From positions 3,759,888-3,823,887 of the forward strand of contig NC_092676.1 in assembly GCF_964355755.1 (NCBI RefSeq): 64,000 bases of DNA, in the 5' to 3' direction. Within the stretch, counting starts at the first letter, position 1. Each line of letters starts with the position of its first letter. Source of the stretch: Antedon mediterranea. Its lineage: Eukaryota; Animalia; Echinodermata. This document shows, in pieces, positions 40,301 through 51,720 of this stretch. The notes beneath the pieces were generated by a model. It had not been told where the DNA came from. It ran no database searches and was given only the letters and a program-made list of their open reading frames with translations. Both the position numbers and the translations under genes were made by a program.

Positions 40301-43300
40301 GTCTCCCAGAGGGGCCCAGTTATGATCAGTAGCTGTGATGTACTAATACACCGGGGTGACCCCCTACTCGTCTCGAAAGATGTACTAGGTTCTTTAATGT
40401 GCACACGAGCTAGATGTGTACACTGGACCTACGGTTTATAGTCCTTATCCGAGAAGACTCGTTCTACCACCAGAACCATGGAGTGAGTGAGTCTCGAACC
40501 CCTGCCGATGTTATGACTATGTAATTACGGTTCCACTGTCTTAACCGCTCGGCCACTCACTCATTTAAAGATTATTTATAAATATGAAATGGAAAAATAA
40601 AAAAATAATAATGTATGAAAGTAATTGTTAATTTTCAGTGGAACTTCAAGGAGATAATAATAGATGCTGTGGATCGCCTTCTTTTCTTAAGTGAATTTCA
40701 GAGTTACTATATAGTATCTTAGTATTTGAGTGCTGATGTATCTGATTGAAACAGCTACAAATACAGTCCATTCTCTGTGGTACAACTCCTCAATTGCAAA
40801 ACCTACTGTATCTTGAAAAGTTCCTCTAGGGGCCTACTAAGGAAAAATCCCTTAGATATGAAAATTGTCTTAAGCTCTGTCTACACTATCAAACGTTATG
40901 TGACAACAAAAATGTGATGTGTCCATATATATGAAAATGATGATGTCATATCACTACCATATTTAAGCGTATTATCACTACCATATTTAAGCATATCACT
41001 ACCATATTTGGACACATCACATCATATATGTTTGTCTGTACACTAATGTTTATCTATGTTAACAGGTTGATGGAACATATATACCCGCTGATAAAATAAT
41101 AGTGCCTAGAACCGCAGAAGAAATTGTAGTACAGTATGAAAAGGCTCATAATTTTAAGGTATTATTAATATTAATCTTTAATTTATATATGAATTGTTTA
41201 CACATAATAGAAAAAAATTAATTCAGTATTGCAAATTGTATACAGTATTTATTTTATCAGTTTATTAGTATTTTCACGCTGCTGCTCTAGCCCGCTACGT
41301 CCCATTAGGACTACTCAATCAGAAGCTAAAGCAAGCAGCAGTTACAGTTCTAAGGACGACAGTTTTGCGAAAATGGAAACTCCACTATAATTTATAGATT
41401 TCCAGCTGCTTAGACCCAAAAAACCGTCTGCCTAAGAGTCTATTAGGACATGTCATGCTGAAATTACAAATCCCAAAGCATTTCTGGTATTTATCCCATT
41501 TGACTATAAAACTGACTTTTGACTGTAATTCACTGTCAGATATTCATTGAATTATTATCGAAACAGTTTGTGTTTGTAATAGGTAAAATTACTATTATGT
41601 GACAATAAAATGACACATTCAAAAACATTTGAAATAAAAATATTTTTCAATAAGCGAGTAGTGTTTTTTGTAAGAAATATTTCTTGTTTTATATATGAAC
41701 GTGATGATAATGATGATATCATATATCACTAACATTGGCTGCACTACAGTACACTGACGAAAATGACCTCTTGAAACACCATTAATTAAAATGTACCAAG
41801 CCCACCCTGGAATAAGCCCATCCTGAAATAGGCCCACCCTGGAAAAATCCCATTTTGGAATAGGCCCACCTTGGAATAAGTATTCCCTATTAATTCTTCA
41901 TGTTAATTATTTCTTGTTCATTTTAGGTGCATACTTTTGGGCTACATTGGTGCGAATATTGTGGCAACTTTATGTGGGGCCTTATTGCTCAGGGAGTCAA
42001 GTGTACAGGTATGGAGAAACCATTAATTGTCTAATGAATTTTTAGAATAGCATTGCAAGTAAATCCAGTAGAATCCCTGTTAAGTTGCTTTCACACCACG
42101 CCCGGATTCGGTCTGGTGCCCGCAGAAAAATATCGTAGAAAATGGTTTCAGTGGTAAAGCATAGGATCGTTCCCATTACATTCATACGATTTGAATTCGT
42201 ACACTCAGACTCCGAATTCGGAGAGATGGATCAAGAAGCTACTTGTTGTTAACAATGAGCATGAATGACCTCGCGGATAACCGAATTCCTTTTGTGCTTG
42301 ATGTGAAAGCTCACTTAAGGGGACATCTTTGTTACCTAACATAGGGGTTGCCATAGTTTTATGATATATATTTCACCGCGTCCGTTTCTTGGGAGAGTGT
42401 CCCCTTAATAGAGATGTCTCCTGAATAGGGGCATTGTCCTAAAGGTAGCGTTCTACTGTATTACCAGTAGAGGAACAAGTGTTTTGTTTGTTTCCGATTA
42501 CCTTCTAAATAAATTCTTTAAGTTTAGCCAAACTGGTAGACACTAAACACTAAATGCTGCCGACAATCATTTATATTAATAATTCAATAATTCAAGTGTT
42601 TAATAGCAAGTTTGTAAGATCTGTTTAGATTCATTAGTTACATGCTTTTTTTGTATTTATTGTATAATTGTATGTGAATCAAAATATAAACCAACCAACT
42701 AAATTTCATTTTTACTTCATTGTTAAAATGACAATTAATAATCTCGTATTGTAACACTACCACCAATCCATATTGAAACTATTTTTCGTTGCTAAAAAAT
42801 AAATATTTGTCATACACAGTATCTCTGTTTATTTAGTGAAAATAATGATTTTTCTTTCATTAGATTGTGGTCTGAGTGTACATAAGCAATGTTGTAAGCA
42901 GATTCCGCAGGATTGCATGCCAGATAAACGCCTTATCAAACGAGTTTATGGTATTGACTTGACCACGTTAGTGAAAGCTCACAATACAACTCGTCCAATG
43001 GTTGTAGACATGTGTATAAAAGAGATTGAATCTAGAGGTAAGATTAGCATACAGGTGTGTGTCTAATTATAGAATATGAAGGTTAGATTTGCATACAGGT
43101 GTGTGTCTAATTATAGAATCTAAGGGTTAGATTTGCATACAGGTGTGTGTCTAATTATAGAATCTAGAGGTTGGATTTGCATACAGGTGTGTCTCTAATT
43201 GTAGAATTAAAGGTTGGATTTGCATACAGGTGTGTCTCTGTAGAATTAAAGGTTGGATTTGCATACAGGTGTGTGTCTAATTGTAGAATTAAAGGTTGGA

Positions 43301-46300
43301 TTTGCATACAGGTGTGTGTCTAATTATAGAATATAAAGGTTGGATTTGCATACAGGTGTGTCTCTAATTGTAGAATTAAAGGTTGGATTTGCATGTAGGT
43401 GTGTTTCTAGTTATAGAATCTAGATATTTGATTTGCATACAGGTGTCTCTAATTATAGAATATATCTGTAGGATTTAGTCCACACAAAAAATTTAAAAAA
43501 ACATTTGTAAGAATTAAGTAAGAGCGCCCTCTATGACATAAGTCTCATTTGATAATAGAAGATTAACAAAAACTAATGTTTTAAAATTCTGTTTTGCAGG
43601 TATGGATATTGAGGGTATATACAGAGTGCCAGGAATGCTGGACGATGTTGACTATATTCAACACTCTTTTGACAATGGTTAGTTATTGATAACATTATTT
43701 TAAAAATATAATTATATAAATCCAAAGGCAAATTACTAAAAAATTTGGGGTTTTAGAGGAAAATTGATTTTTATGTTGTAGTGAGTAGGGAGCCTTGTCC
43801 ACTTAGGAATACGATTAGTATCTGAAAACTAGATGTATAATTTCATTTTGTATGTATAATGATAATTATTTTGTTTTAGATAACGAAAATGCAAAGATTG
43901 GTCCTGTCGATGTCTCCGATATAAATGCTGTAGCAGGCGCCTTCAAACTGTTTTTACGCCAACTGCCAATCCCTCTTATACCATTTGAACTATACGAAAA
44001 GTTTATGAATGCAGCAAGTAAGTTTTTTACAAATTACTAACAACTTAGGGAGTGAATTCAACAAACTAGAGGGTGATTTACTAACAACTTAGGGAGTGAA
44101 TTATTAACAAACTAAAGGGGTGAATTACTAACAAGCTAGGGAGTGATTTACAAACAAGTCCGGGAGTGAATTACTACCAAGCTAGGGGGTGAATTTTTAG
44201 CAATCTAGGGTGAATTCCTACAAACTAGGGGGTGAATTACTAACAAGGTAGGAAGTGAATATTTCCGATACTCCATAAATTTACCATTTAGGCTCTACTG
44301 CTTAGCCCCTTTTGGTTACTAAATGCATTAGTGACACCAGCTACAGCACTTTTGAAAGTGCCTTGAAATACCCATTGATATATACTATTAGATCGATAAT
44401 ATTTTGTAGTAGCATCCTCTATGTTTTGATGTATATTTAAACAACATGGTTTGGTCAGGGAGTTGTTTTATAATGTCTCGATATTTCATTTTTCAAAGTT
44501 ACGCCTCTACGTAATTATTCGGAAAAGCTATATATGTCATTTGTATTGTGTAGTAGAGAGACATTCGATAAATACCTCCCTCTAATATAAACAATGACAT
44601 ATTCAATAGCATCATCCCTTTTTTATTAACTGTAAATATATCCAATAAATGAGATTGCTTTAAAGGTCTGTCTACACTAGCTTCACAAAAAAAAAGTGTG
44701 ATGTGCCCAAATATGGTAGTGATATGCTTAAACATGGTAGTGATATGACATTATCATGTCCATGTATGGGAACATCACATTTTTCACATAAAGCTTTGAT
44801 AGAGCTTAATATTTGAAAACGCTTTGGAAACTACCAATATTAATATGAAAAATGTTGGGGACAATGATTATGAATTATGAAATGACATGTGTATACATGT
44901 TATATTTACATATGCTCATCACAATAGAAATTATTTTTTTTATTGTTACTGTGTCTTGATATTGTTAACACAATGAGAACACTATGTTATGTTATTTCCT
45001 TTGTCCTAAATTTAAATAGAATTTGAAATGATATAGCATATTTACAATGTTATCACAATAGATCTTGTTACATTTAGCGTAACTTGAAATATTTTTTTAC
45101 ACAATGTGTAGAAGATTTTTACCAGATAATTCGATCACTATCCTTTTATAAAAGGTTGCAATCCTGTTCACAAGAAAAAAACATATACTCTGCAAATAAA
45201 TAAACGTCTTTGGGAGTGTTTTATTTTTGTTTTGTCTTTAAAAAAAACTCCTATACCTCGCAGCTACAGATACAACTCACTGTATTACATGTTATGTTTT
45301 TTTTTACCTAAGAAAAATTCTAACATCTGGCAGGATTTGAACCCAAGAACCTGGCAGTAATCAGTTAATTTGATTGATTTCAGAAATTGAAAAATTCATT
45401 TTCTCGAAAATTAACAATAAAAACATTAAAAATTTTAAAAATTTCAAAAGGCAGAACAAAAATATAAATATCATTTGATTGAATTGTGTTTAGTTGATAT
45501 TAAAAGATTTACTATTTAGATTTTGTTGTTATATATTTCTACCTCCTGTTGCTAAGCTCATATTTGTTGCAGAGGCTCCTCAAGACTAAGGCTGTGCCTT
45601 GTGAGGAGAATATTGAATAAAAAAATATATATAATTATATATATAAACACATCAGGCAAAGAACATTAATTCTAAACCGCCCGGTGATATACTGAAATTT
45701 AATTAATTAAATTGAAACGATAAAGATAGAGATATCCAATCTGCAGACAGTACTGTTTCGATCTTATTAGATCTCGTCAGTGCAGCTCAGGTTTTGAAAT
45801 GAAATGTACCGCAGACGGAAATAGCACAATATATAGGATGAGCCAGTTATGCGGGACATGGCACATTGAGCTATGTCAGCCAAATAGCAGAGCCATGAAA
45901 GTGACCACTCTGTTTTGAAGGACAGTGTGTTACAATGCCATCCATCATCTTAACCATTATCTACAACTCACTGTTACAATGTCGTTTCTTTTGTCCTGAA
46001 TATCAATTTATTAATAAGAAGAAAGAGAGTAAAAATATACTTTTATCATTTCTTCACAATACAATAATATAACTCACAATATATTTCATCTACTTTACAA
46101 CTGAATATAAACACCCTGTTAATGTGTATCTCTTTGTCCTCAATCTTAATTCAATGCTAAAGCTCATCAGTAAAATGCTGCCTGTGAGTAATTATGAATT
46201 ATTCATAAAAATGATGGGGTTCCCAGATAAGAAAAATCAATAGATTTCTATGGATATTGTGTCTTGTTAATGGCTTTTTAAAGTCGTAAACTGTTAGATA

Positions 46301-47505
46301 TTCAGCCTTGTGTATGTTATGTGCATTATGAGTATTAACTATAGTAATTTATATTCTAACAAGCAACTCATATTATTTATTTCTTTTTTCTATAACAGAA
46401 TAATTGTTATAGTTGTTATACCATATCATTGATACAAATATTTCTATTTACTATTACTATTACTTACATCATGGAGTAATTATTATTCCATATTTATGTC
46501 AATGCTTAAGTTATTAAAATTATGTACTTATGTCACAGATACTAACATATTAATAATAAATGCTGGTTTAACTTTTTTTTCTCTCTTTCGTGGGTGTAGC
46601 CCACTTTTATTAATTCTTTTATTCTGTGACAAAGATATTAAAAATAACTTGTTTAACTTTAAAATAATAATAACATTTTATGTGGAACATGTAGGAATGG
46701 TTAAATGGCATTGGTAATACTTTTTCCTCCGACACATTAAAACAATTTAACATAATATCACAATTAAAGTGCTTATCATTGATATTTATTTATTTATAAT
46801 AATATTATAATAGATATTAGATTTTTTGATTAAATATATATTTTTTACAGAAATAACCAATGAACATGAAAGGTCAGACAGCATATACAATGCCACTAAG
46901 GAATTGCATAGTATCAAACAAGCCCACTATCAGACTCTTAAATGCGTTACTGATCATCTCAGAAGGTAGGCAAACTATTTTATCTTAAAGATGTATTGTC
47001 CCCCAAAACACGAAAAATAAAGAATAATAAAATCCGACTTTTAATAAGCTGTTTTGCAGTTTAATAAAGTTATTTACTTCTATAAAAAAAATTATTATTT
47101 TTTCACTTATAAAAAAGACAAAATAAACAGTTTATTTTAACCAGAAACTCATTGTCTGACAAACATTTTGATTGTTTTTGCTTTGAATTACATTCAGTGT
47201 ATAATTTTGATATAACATAATGTTAATTAAATTGTGTAAATCAAGTCTCTGATTTTAATCAATTATGGATTTGTCCTTGGTTTATATACACAAAACTAAT
47301 TTTCCAAAATAATATTTTTTAATACAGAGTTAGTCAACATCAAGAGAAGAATAAGATGAGTGTAGAGAACATAGCAATAGTATTTGGACCAACAATATTC
47401 CGTTCCCCCGACGACCAATCTCTCAACAACCTCATCCTTCTTCAATTTCAGAAAAAAGTTGTTGAAATGTTTCTGGAAGAACACGATAAAATTTTTGATA
47501 AATAG
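22385..47505 (+). CDS. CHN1: Chimaerin (SH2-C1-RhoGAP Rac GAP; CHN1/CHN2-like), about 480 aa, spliced
   Basis: Exons 22385-22415, 22862-22906, 31071-31158, 37176-37292, 39523-39667, 40080-40238, 41066-41158, 41927-42008, 42864-43037, 43600-43677, 43880-44017, 46851-46965, 47328-47505 sum to 1443 nt in frame. Motifs: WKSYLYQLQ N-terminus, SH2 [18 protein letters not shown]1 [39 protein letters not shown] arginine finger [23 protein letters not shown]. The first exon and the 40238 donor are the least certain parts. Confidence 0.93.
23754..23919. mobile_element. MITE family C
   Basis: Same TIRs and internal repeats as 5709-5874. Confidence 0.75.
24300..24750. repeat. Degenerate tandem repeat
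   Basis: Recurrent CTACCC..CTTTAGTGGACAC and TTCCTTTGAAACGAAC blocks. Confidence 0.65.
25780..26004 (-). mobile_element. tRNA-derived SINE family B
   Basis: Same body and head as 1935-2146. Confidence 0.72.
27530..27720 (-). mobile_element. tRNA-derived SINE family B
   Basis: Near-identical to 25780-26004 with a truncated head. Confidence 0.7.
27849..27985. mobile_element. Deletion derivative of the 9619 MITE
   Basis: TTAA-AGGACAACTTGACC...GGTCAAGTTGTCCT-TTAA. Confidence 0.75.
30231..30432 (+). CDS. Candidate alternative first coding exon of chimaerin
   Basis: The [11 protein letters not shown]...VRFKPK ends at a phase-1 donor T|GTAGGT that joins exon 31071 in frame, giving ...[14 protein letters not shown]. 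It lies in a repeat-poor, GC-richer island. Confidence 0.55.
30460..31070. repeat. Three tandem copies of a block of about 200 bp ending in a splice acceptor
   Basis: TTTCTAGATTGTATT...ACTGATTTTAATGAA repeated at about 30472, 30671 and 30893. Confidence 0.75.
31227..31372. mobile_element. MITE family C
   Basis: Same TIRs and internal repeat as 5709-5874. Confidence 0.72.
31445..31830. repeat. (ATC)n-type imperfect microsatellite
   Basis: Long CAT/TCA trinucleotide runs. Confidence 0.92.
33904..34010. mobile_element. MITE family C (short variant)
   Basis: AGCTCTGTTTACACTAT...ATAGTGTAGACAGAGCT. Confidence 0.7.
34550..34683 (-). mobile_element. SINE family B, head fragment
   Basis: GACAGGACTTGAACC..GTAGCCAAGCATCATAACCACCAAGC..AACTCCACT matches the 1935-2146 head. 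Confidence 0.65.
35355..35530. mobile_element. Palindromic MITE family D (GCGTGGTTCCCACTAG..GACGTAACGCAACGCAA)
   Basis: About 180-bp inverted structure with internal CCAAT. Copies at 57172-57346, 62123-62302 and 63231-63470, and a fragment at 32810. Confidence 0.75.
36252..36475 (+). mobile_element. tRNA-derived SINE family A
   Basis: GTGAGTGAGTGGCCGAGCGG head; reverse complement of the other copies, with an internal deletion. Confidence 0.75.
37435..37870. repeat. Minisatellite, about 53-bp unit
   Basis: GACATGGTAATATCATGGCAGTATCCATATATAGCCATAGTATGCCCATATAAA repeated about 7 times. Confidence 0.88.
38083..38919. mobile_element. Non-autonomous P-element-like DNA transposon
   Basis: TIR CAAAGAATATATATCACAAGAATGAGTA..CCGCGATTTT and its reverse complement, flanked by an exact 7-bp duplication ATAACAT. 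Confidence 0.78.
40285..40563 (-). mobile_element. tRNA-derived SINE family A (best-preserved copy)
   Basis: Intact A-box TGGCCGAGCGG and B-box GGTTCGAGAC on the minus strand. Confidence 0.82.
42067..42460. mobile_element. TcMar/pogo-like MITE with a nested Harbinger-like insertion
   Basis: Outer CAGTAGAA...TTCTACTG(TA) with GGGGACA/TGTCCCC subterminal motifs; inner GCTTTCACA...TGTGAAAGC (about 42083-42316). Confidence 0.55.
43028..43462. repeat. Minisatellite, about 43-bp unit overlapping an exon end
   Basis: GAATCTAGAGGTT(A/G)GATTTGCATACAGGTGTGTGTCTAATTATA repeated about 10 times. Confidence 0.92.
44034..44262. repeat. Minisatellite, about 22-bp unit
   Basis: TTACTAACAAGCTAGGGGGTGAA repeated about 10 times. 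Confidence 0.88.
45645..46000 (-). mobile_element. Probable Penelope-like pLTR or retrozyme remnant carrying the hammerhead
   Basis: GC-richer island of about 350 bp around the ribozyme, with a TATA-like CCTATATATT upstream on the minus strand. Minimal hammerheads are characteristic of such elements. Boundaries are approximate. Confidence 0.5.
45741..45785 (-). ncRNA. Minimal type I hammerhead ribozyme
   Basis: The minus strand reads CUGCA-CUGACGA-GAUC-UAAUAA-GAUC-GAA-ACAGUACUGU-C-UGCAG. Stem I is CUGCA/UGCAG, the core is CUGANGA and GAAA, stem II is GAUC/GAUC, stem III is palindromic, and the cleavage triplet is GUC. Confidence 0.88.
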
Positions 47506-48431
47506 TTTTGATAAAATGTGTGCTAAATATTTCTGGAGGAACTTTGGGAATTGTAGGGATATTTTTGCCTTGTTGTGGTCAAAGGTCAGGGTTCACAATC
47601 CTGGTAAAAGTTAATGATTCATGATCCTAGTTACAGTAAAAATTGTTTTTATTCATGGTCACAGTTCAAAAGTCATGCTGATATCAGTTCAGAGTTCATG
47701 TCCAGGTCACAATTCAGTTTTTCATAATCCATGTCACAGGTCAGAGTTCATGATCCTAGTCAAAGTTAATGACTGTTCCTAGACCTGATGAATGCTTCCA
47801 AGGTCCTTTAAAGTTAATAATATAAAGTACTGATGTATTTCTTATCATTTTGTGTTTTGTAAAATGCAAAGGTTGGTTAATTAATCTATTTATTCATATT
47901 TAATTGTTTAATTACTATTTTGCTTTACAGTTTTATTTTTTATTTCTATTACCAGGAAATAGTGAAATTTCCTGGTCTGGTATTACTTACAACATGGAGT
48001 AATTATTATTCCATACAACGCTTAAGTTATTAAAATTATGTACTTATGTTTATGTCACAGATACTAACATATTAATAATAAATGCTGGTTTGACTTTAAA
48101 ATACTTAGATCAATAACATTTTATGCGGTACATGTAGGGATGTTTAAATGGCATCAGTAATACTCTTTCCTCCGACACATTAAAACAATTTAACATAATA
48201 TCACAATTAAAGTGATGGTGGCATGGTGCTTACCTTCTAATCCAAATGTTAAGGGTTCGGTTCTTGAAATTACTAGTTCTTGTGGCGATAATACCATTAA
48301 GTCATTATGAAACATCCTCCGATTCAACTCACTTTTAGATGGCTGAAGTTAATAAAATAATATTGAAAAAATTGATAGCAATATTTGCATATAATATGGA
48401 GCCAATTGCATTTGTATAATATTGTACATTT

Positions 48432-49497
48432 GTGTCTATATGCCTATGTTCAACATACAGTGTGTCTATATGTCTATGTACAAAACATAGTGTGTCTATA
48501 GACCTATATTCAACACATAGTGTGTCTATATGCCTATGTTCAACACATAGTACATCTATATGCCTATGTACAACACACAGTGTGTCTATATGCCTATGTA
48601 CAACACACAGTGTGTCTATATGCCTATGTTCAACACATAGTGTGTCTATATGCCTATGTACAACACATAGTGTGTCTACATGCCTATGTTCAACACATAG
48701 TGTGTCTACATGCCTATGTTCAACACATAGTGTGTCTACATGCCTATGTTCAACACATAGTGCATCTATATGCCTATGTACAACACATAGTGTGTCTAAA
48801 TGCCTATGTTCAACACATAGTGTGTCTATATGCCTATGTACAACACATAGTGTGTCTACATGCCTATGTTCAACACATAGTGTGTCTACATGCCTATGTT
48901 CAACACATAGTGTGTCTACATGCCTATGTACAACACATAGTGTGTCTACATGCCTATGTTCAACACATAGTGTGTCTACATGCCTATGTTCAACACATAG
49001 TGTGTCTACATGCCTATGTTCAACACATAGTGCATCTATATGCCTATGTACAACACATAGTGTGTCTAAATGCCTATGTTCAACACATAGTGTGTCTATA
49101 TGCCTATGTACAACACATAGTGTGTCTACATGCCTATGTTCAACACATAGTACATCTATATGCCTATGTTCAACACACAGTGTGTCTACATGCCTATGTT
49201 CAACACATAGTGTGTCTATATGCCTATGTTTAACACATAGTGTGTCTACATGCCTATGTTCAACACATAGTGCATCTATATGCCTATGTTTAACACATAG
49301 TACATCTATATGCCTTTGTTTAACACATAGTGTGTCTACATGCCTATGTTCAACACATAGTACACCTATATGCCTATGTACAACACACAGTGTGTCTATA
49401 TGCCTATGTACAACACACAGTGTTTCTACATGCCTATGTACAACACATAGTGTGTCTATATGCCTATCTTTAACACATAGTGTTTCTATATACCTAC
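48432..49497. repeat. Minisatellite, 30-bp unit
   Basis: About 35 copies of CAACACATAGTGTGTCTA(C/T)ATGCCTATGT(T/A) with no indels. Confidence 0.97.
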
Positions 49498-51129
49498 AGT
49501 ATATTCAGGGATATCTCTGTGATATGTAAATACAAACGCTGCTTTAAAAACTATACAGACGGCAATCTTTAAACATTAAAAGCTATACACATCATTATAT
49601 GTCTGTAACATCAATGCAACATTAATGTTGTTTTTGTATTGTTTTTTGTAATCGGCTACTGTAAATTTTTCTTCAAAAGAACAATCTTTCCGAAATTAGG
49701 ATTAGTCTATTATGGGTGTGTATCCCCCTCTTCATGTTTATCAAATGTTTGTACATAAGTGACACATACAGTATTTGTGCAGTGGACCATGCAGTATGTG
49801 TTCAGTGAGCCATGCAGCATGTGCAATGAACCATACAGTATATGAGCAGTAAACCATGCAGTTAATAGATGGGGCTTTTCTGATTAAATGGTTTAACATG
49901 TTTTTTTTTTGTAAAAACATGGTATGCAATTTTTACTGTGTATATTGTGTGTGAGAGTATACGAATCATACATTATTGTAACTACGCCTTTAAATGTAAA
50001 TGGGTCCTAACAAATGGGGTAAACATTGTCTGATCAACTTTGATTGACCCTCCAGTTTTACATCCATTCTAGAGGTTGGGTGACAGTGTATTGTTCGTTT
50101 TATGATGTCATACGAGTACTAATTATACGATAAATGTGCTGTTTTAATTTATGCAAGCTTATTGTGTGTGCTCATATATATTATCATTTTTGTAAAATAT
50201 TACTTTATTCATTTTGTTTGTAATATTAATTGTTGTTATGGAAAAAAAGGTAATATACAATCTAATAATAATTCCAAGCCTCATAATAATAATATAAAAA
50301 AGATTATTTTTTTAGTGTATGATATTCAAACTTTATTATTATTAACTAATTAGGTTAAATATATTTTGTTGCTTTAAGATAGCAGATATTTTGTATAATT
50401 TTCCTTGCTAACTTATTATATAAAGTATTATCAATAATATAATGTAATACAGTAATATATATTATGGCTGAATGTATAATCAAGCAACTCCTCTGCACGT
50501 CGTAATGTGCCATTTCCCCCTTCTTTTCTATGTGTACAGTTTATAAAATAAAACTTGGGAACTATGTACCGGTAATAAACAACGTTCTCAATTCCAATAA
50601 TTAGTAATTTTAGCCCAGTTTTTAATAGATAAATTATTTATGTATATATTTAACCTTTTCAATTTTAAAGAAATTTATATATGTTTATTTTTGTTTTTAA
50701 ATATTTGTTAAGATGATGATATGAAGCCAGAGAATTATGCAAATGAGAATTCTCCATTTACAGTGCTAAAATGACTATGGGCGGCCATTAGGGCCAAAAA
50801 TAAACAAAAGTCAGTGCTAAATGACACCTCATTCTGTTTAAAATACACATTTCGTATGTTAAATTTGTAGTACTGTATGTTTTTTTTTTCATTTTCATCA
50901 TAAACGTCAACTGGACACAATAACCACTCAACCACAAAATAAATATTCCATGAACTAAAATTATTTGTGAGATCATGGTAGGACCTAAATCCTTTTTTTT
51001 TTCGCGTATGAGCGAATACCAACCACCTTAAACACCTTGGTTGGCGCATGAGTGACTACGTAACGGCTCAATTTGCGCAGGAGTGGCTACAAACCACCGG
51101 CGGCCATGAGTGACATCTACGTACCAACT

Positions 51130-51720
51130 GAGTTTGCGCACGCGTGACTATGAGCCACCGCCTCAGTCCGCCCATTGAGTTACGATTACGTATTATCAGT
51201 TTGCGCGCACGATCTGTGATAAGGCATCTAAAATTATCAGTAAGAACAACAACTCCCCAGTAGGCCTACCACCCACTTATTTGATAATCCATTTGACCCA
51301 CACGTAGCTAAGCCGATAGTGCAATATGGTTATTATCCACAGGCCTAAAATTCCGGGTTTCCAATACACAACAAAAAAATGTGACTGACACGCTCGTGAG
51401 CTTTGTTCGAACGTTAATACTCTATCCTTTTATTACACGAAAAGAAAAGGAACAAACGTGCGCCAGGTTGTGACAACTGAACCGTAAAAAATGCCTTGTA
51501 AAAGCATTCTTCCTCGTAAGGAGGTACCCGTCTCCTAATCACCACCTACCTAGACGAGGAAGTTCTTTTGTTCTTTATGGATTTTACCCACGTGACTGAA
51601 GTGAAGTTGAGTGAGTTTCCACGTGCTGACTATCGCCAGGCCTCGTCTGATTGGTTGATTCTGAACAAGCCGATTAGTGTCACAAACATTAAGCGTCCGA
51701 TATCAGCTTCGCTCGTGCCT
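51130..51720 (+). promoter_or_regulatory. Putative bHLH gene promoter with E-boxes, N-boxes and CCAAT
   Basis: CACGCGTG at 51139, CTCGTG (reverse N-box) at 51393 and 51712, CACGTG at 51589 and 51620, reverse CCAAT (CTGATTGG) at 51647; CpG-rich relative to flanks. Confidence 0.5.

Noticed and set aside
40470-40563. tRNA-like A and B boxes
   Set aside because: Head of a multi-copy SINE with no full cloverleaf; not a tRNA gene.
40638-40690. Possible extra chimaerin exon ([12 protein letters not shown]...)
   Set aside because: Its end phase does not match exon 41066, and the gene is in frame without it.
48432-49529. 365-aa Cys/His-rich ORF and overlapping 237-aa ORF
   Set aside because: Both are read-throughs of a 30-bp tandem repeat open in two frames, with non-ATG starts and no gene structure.
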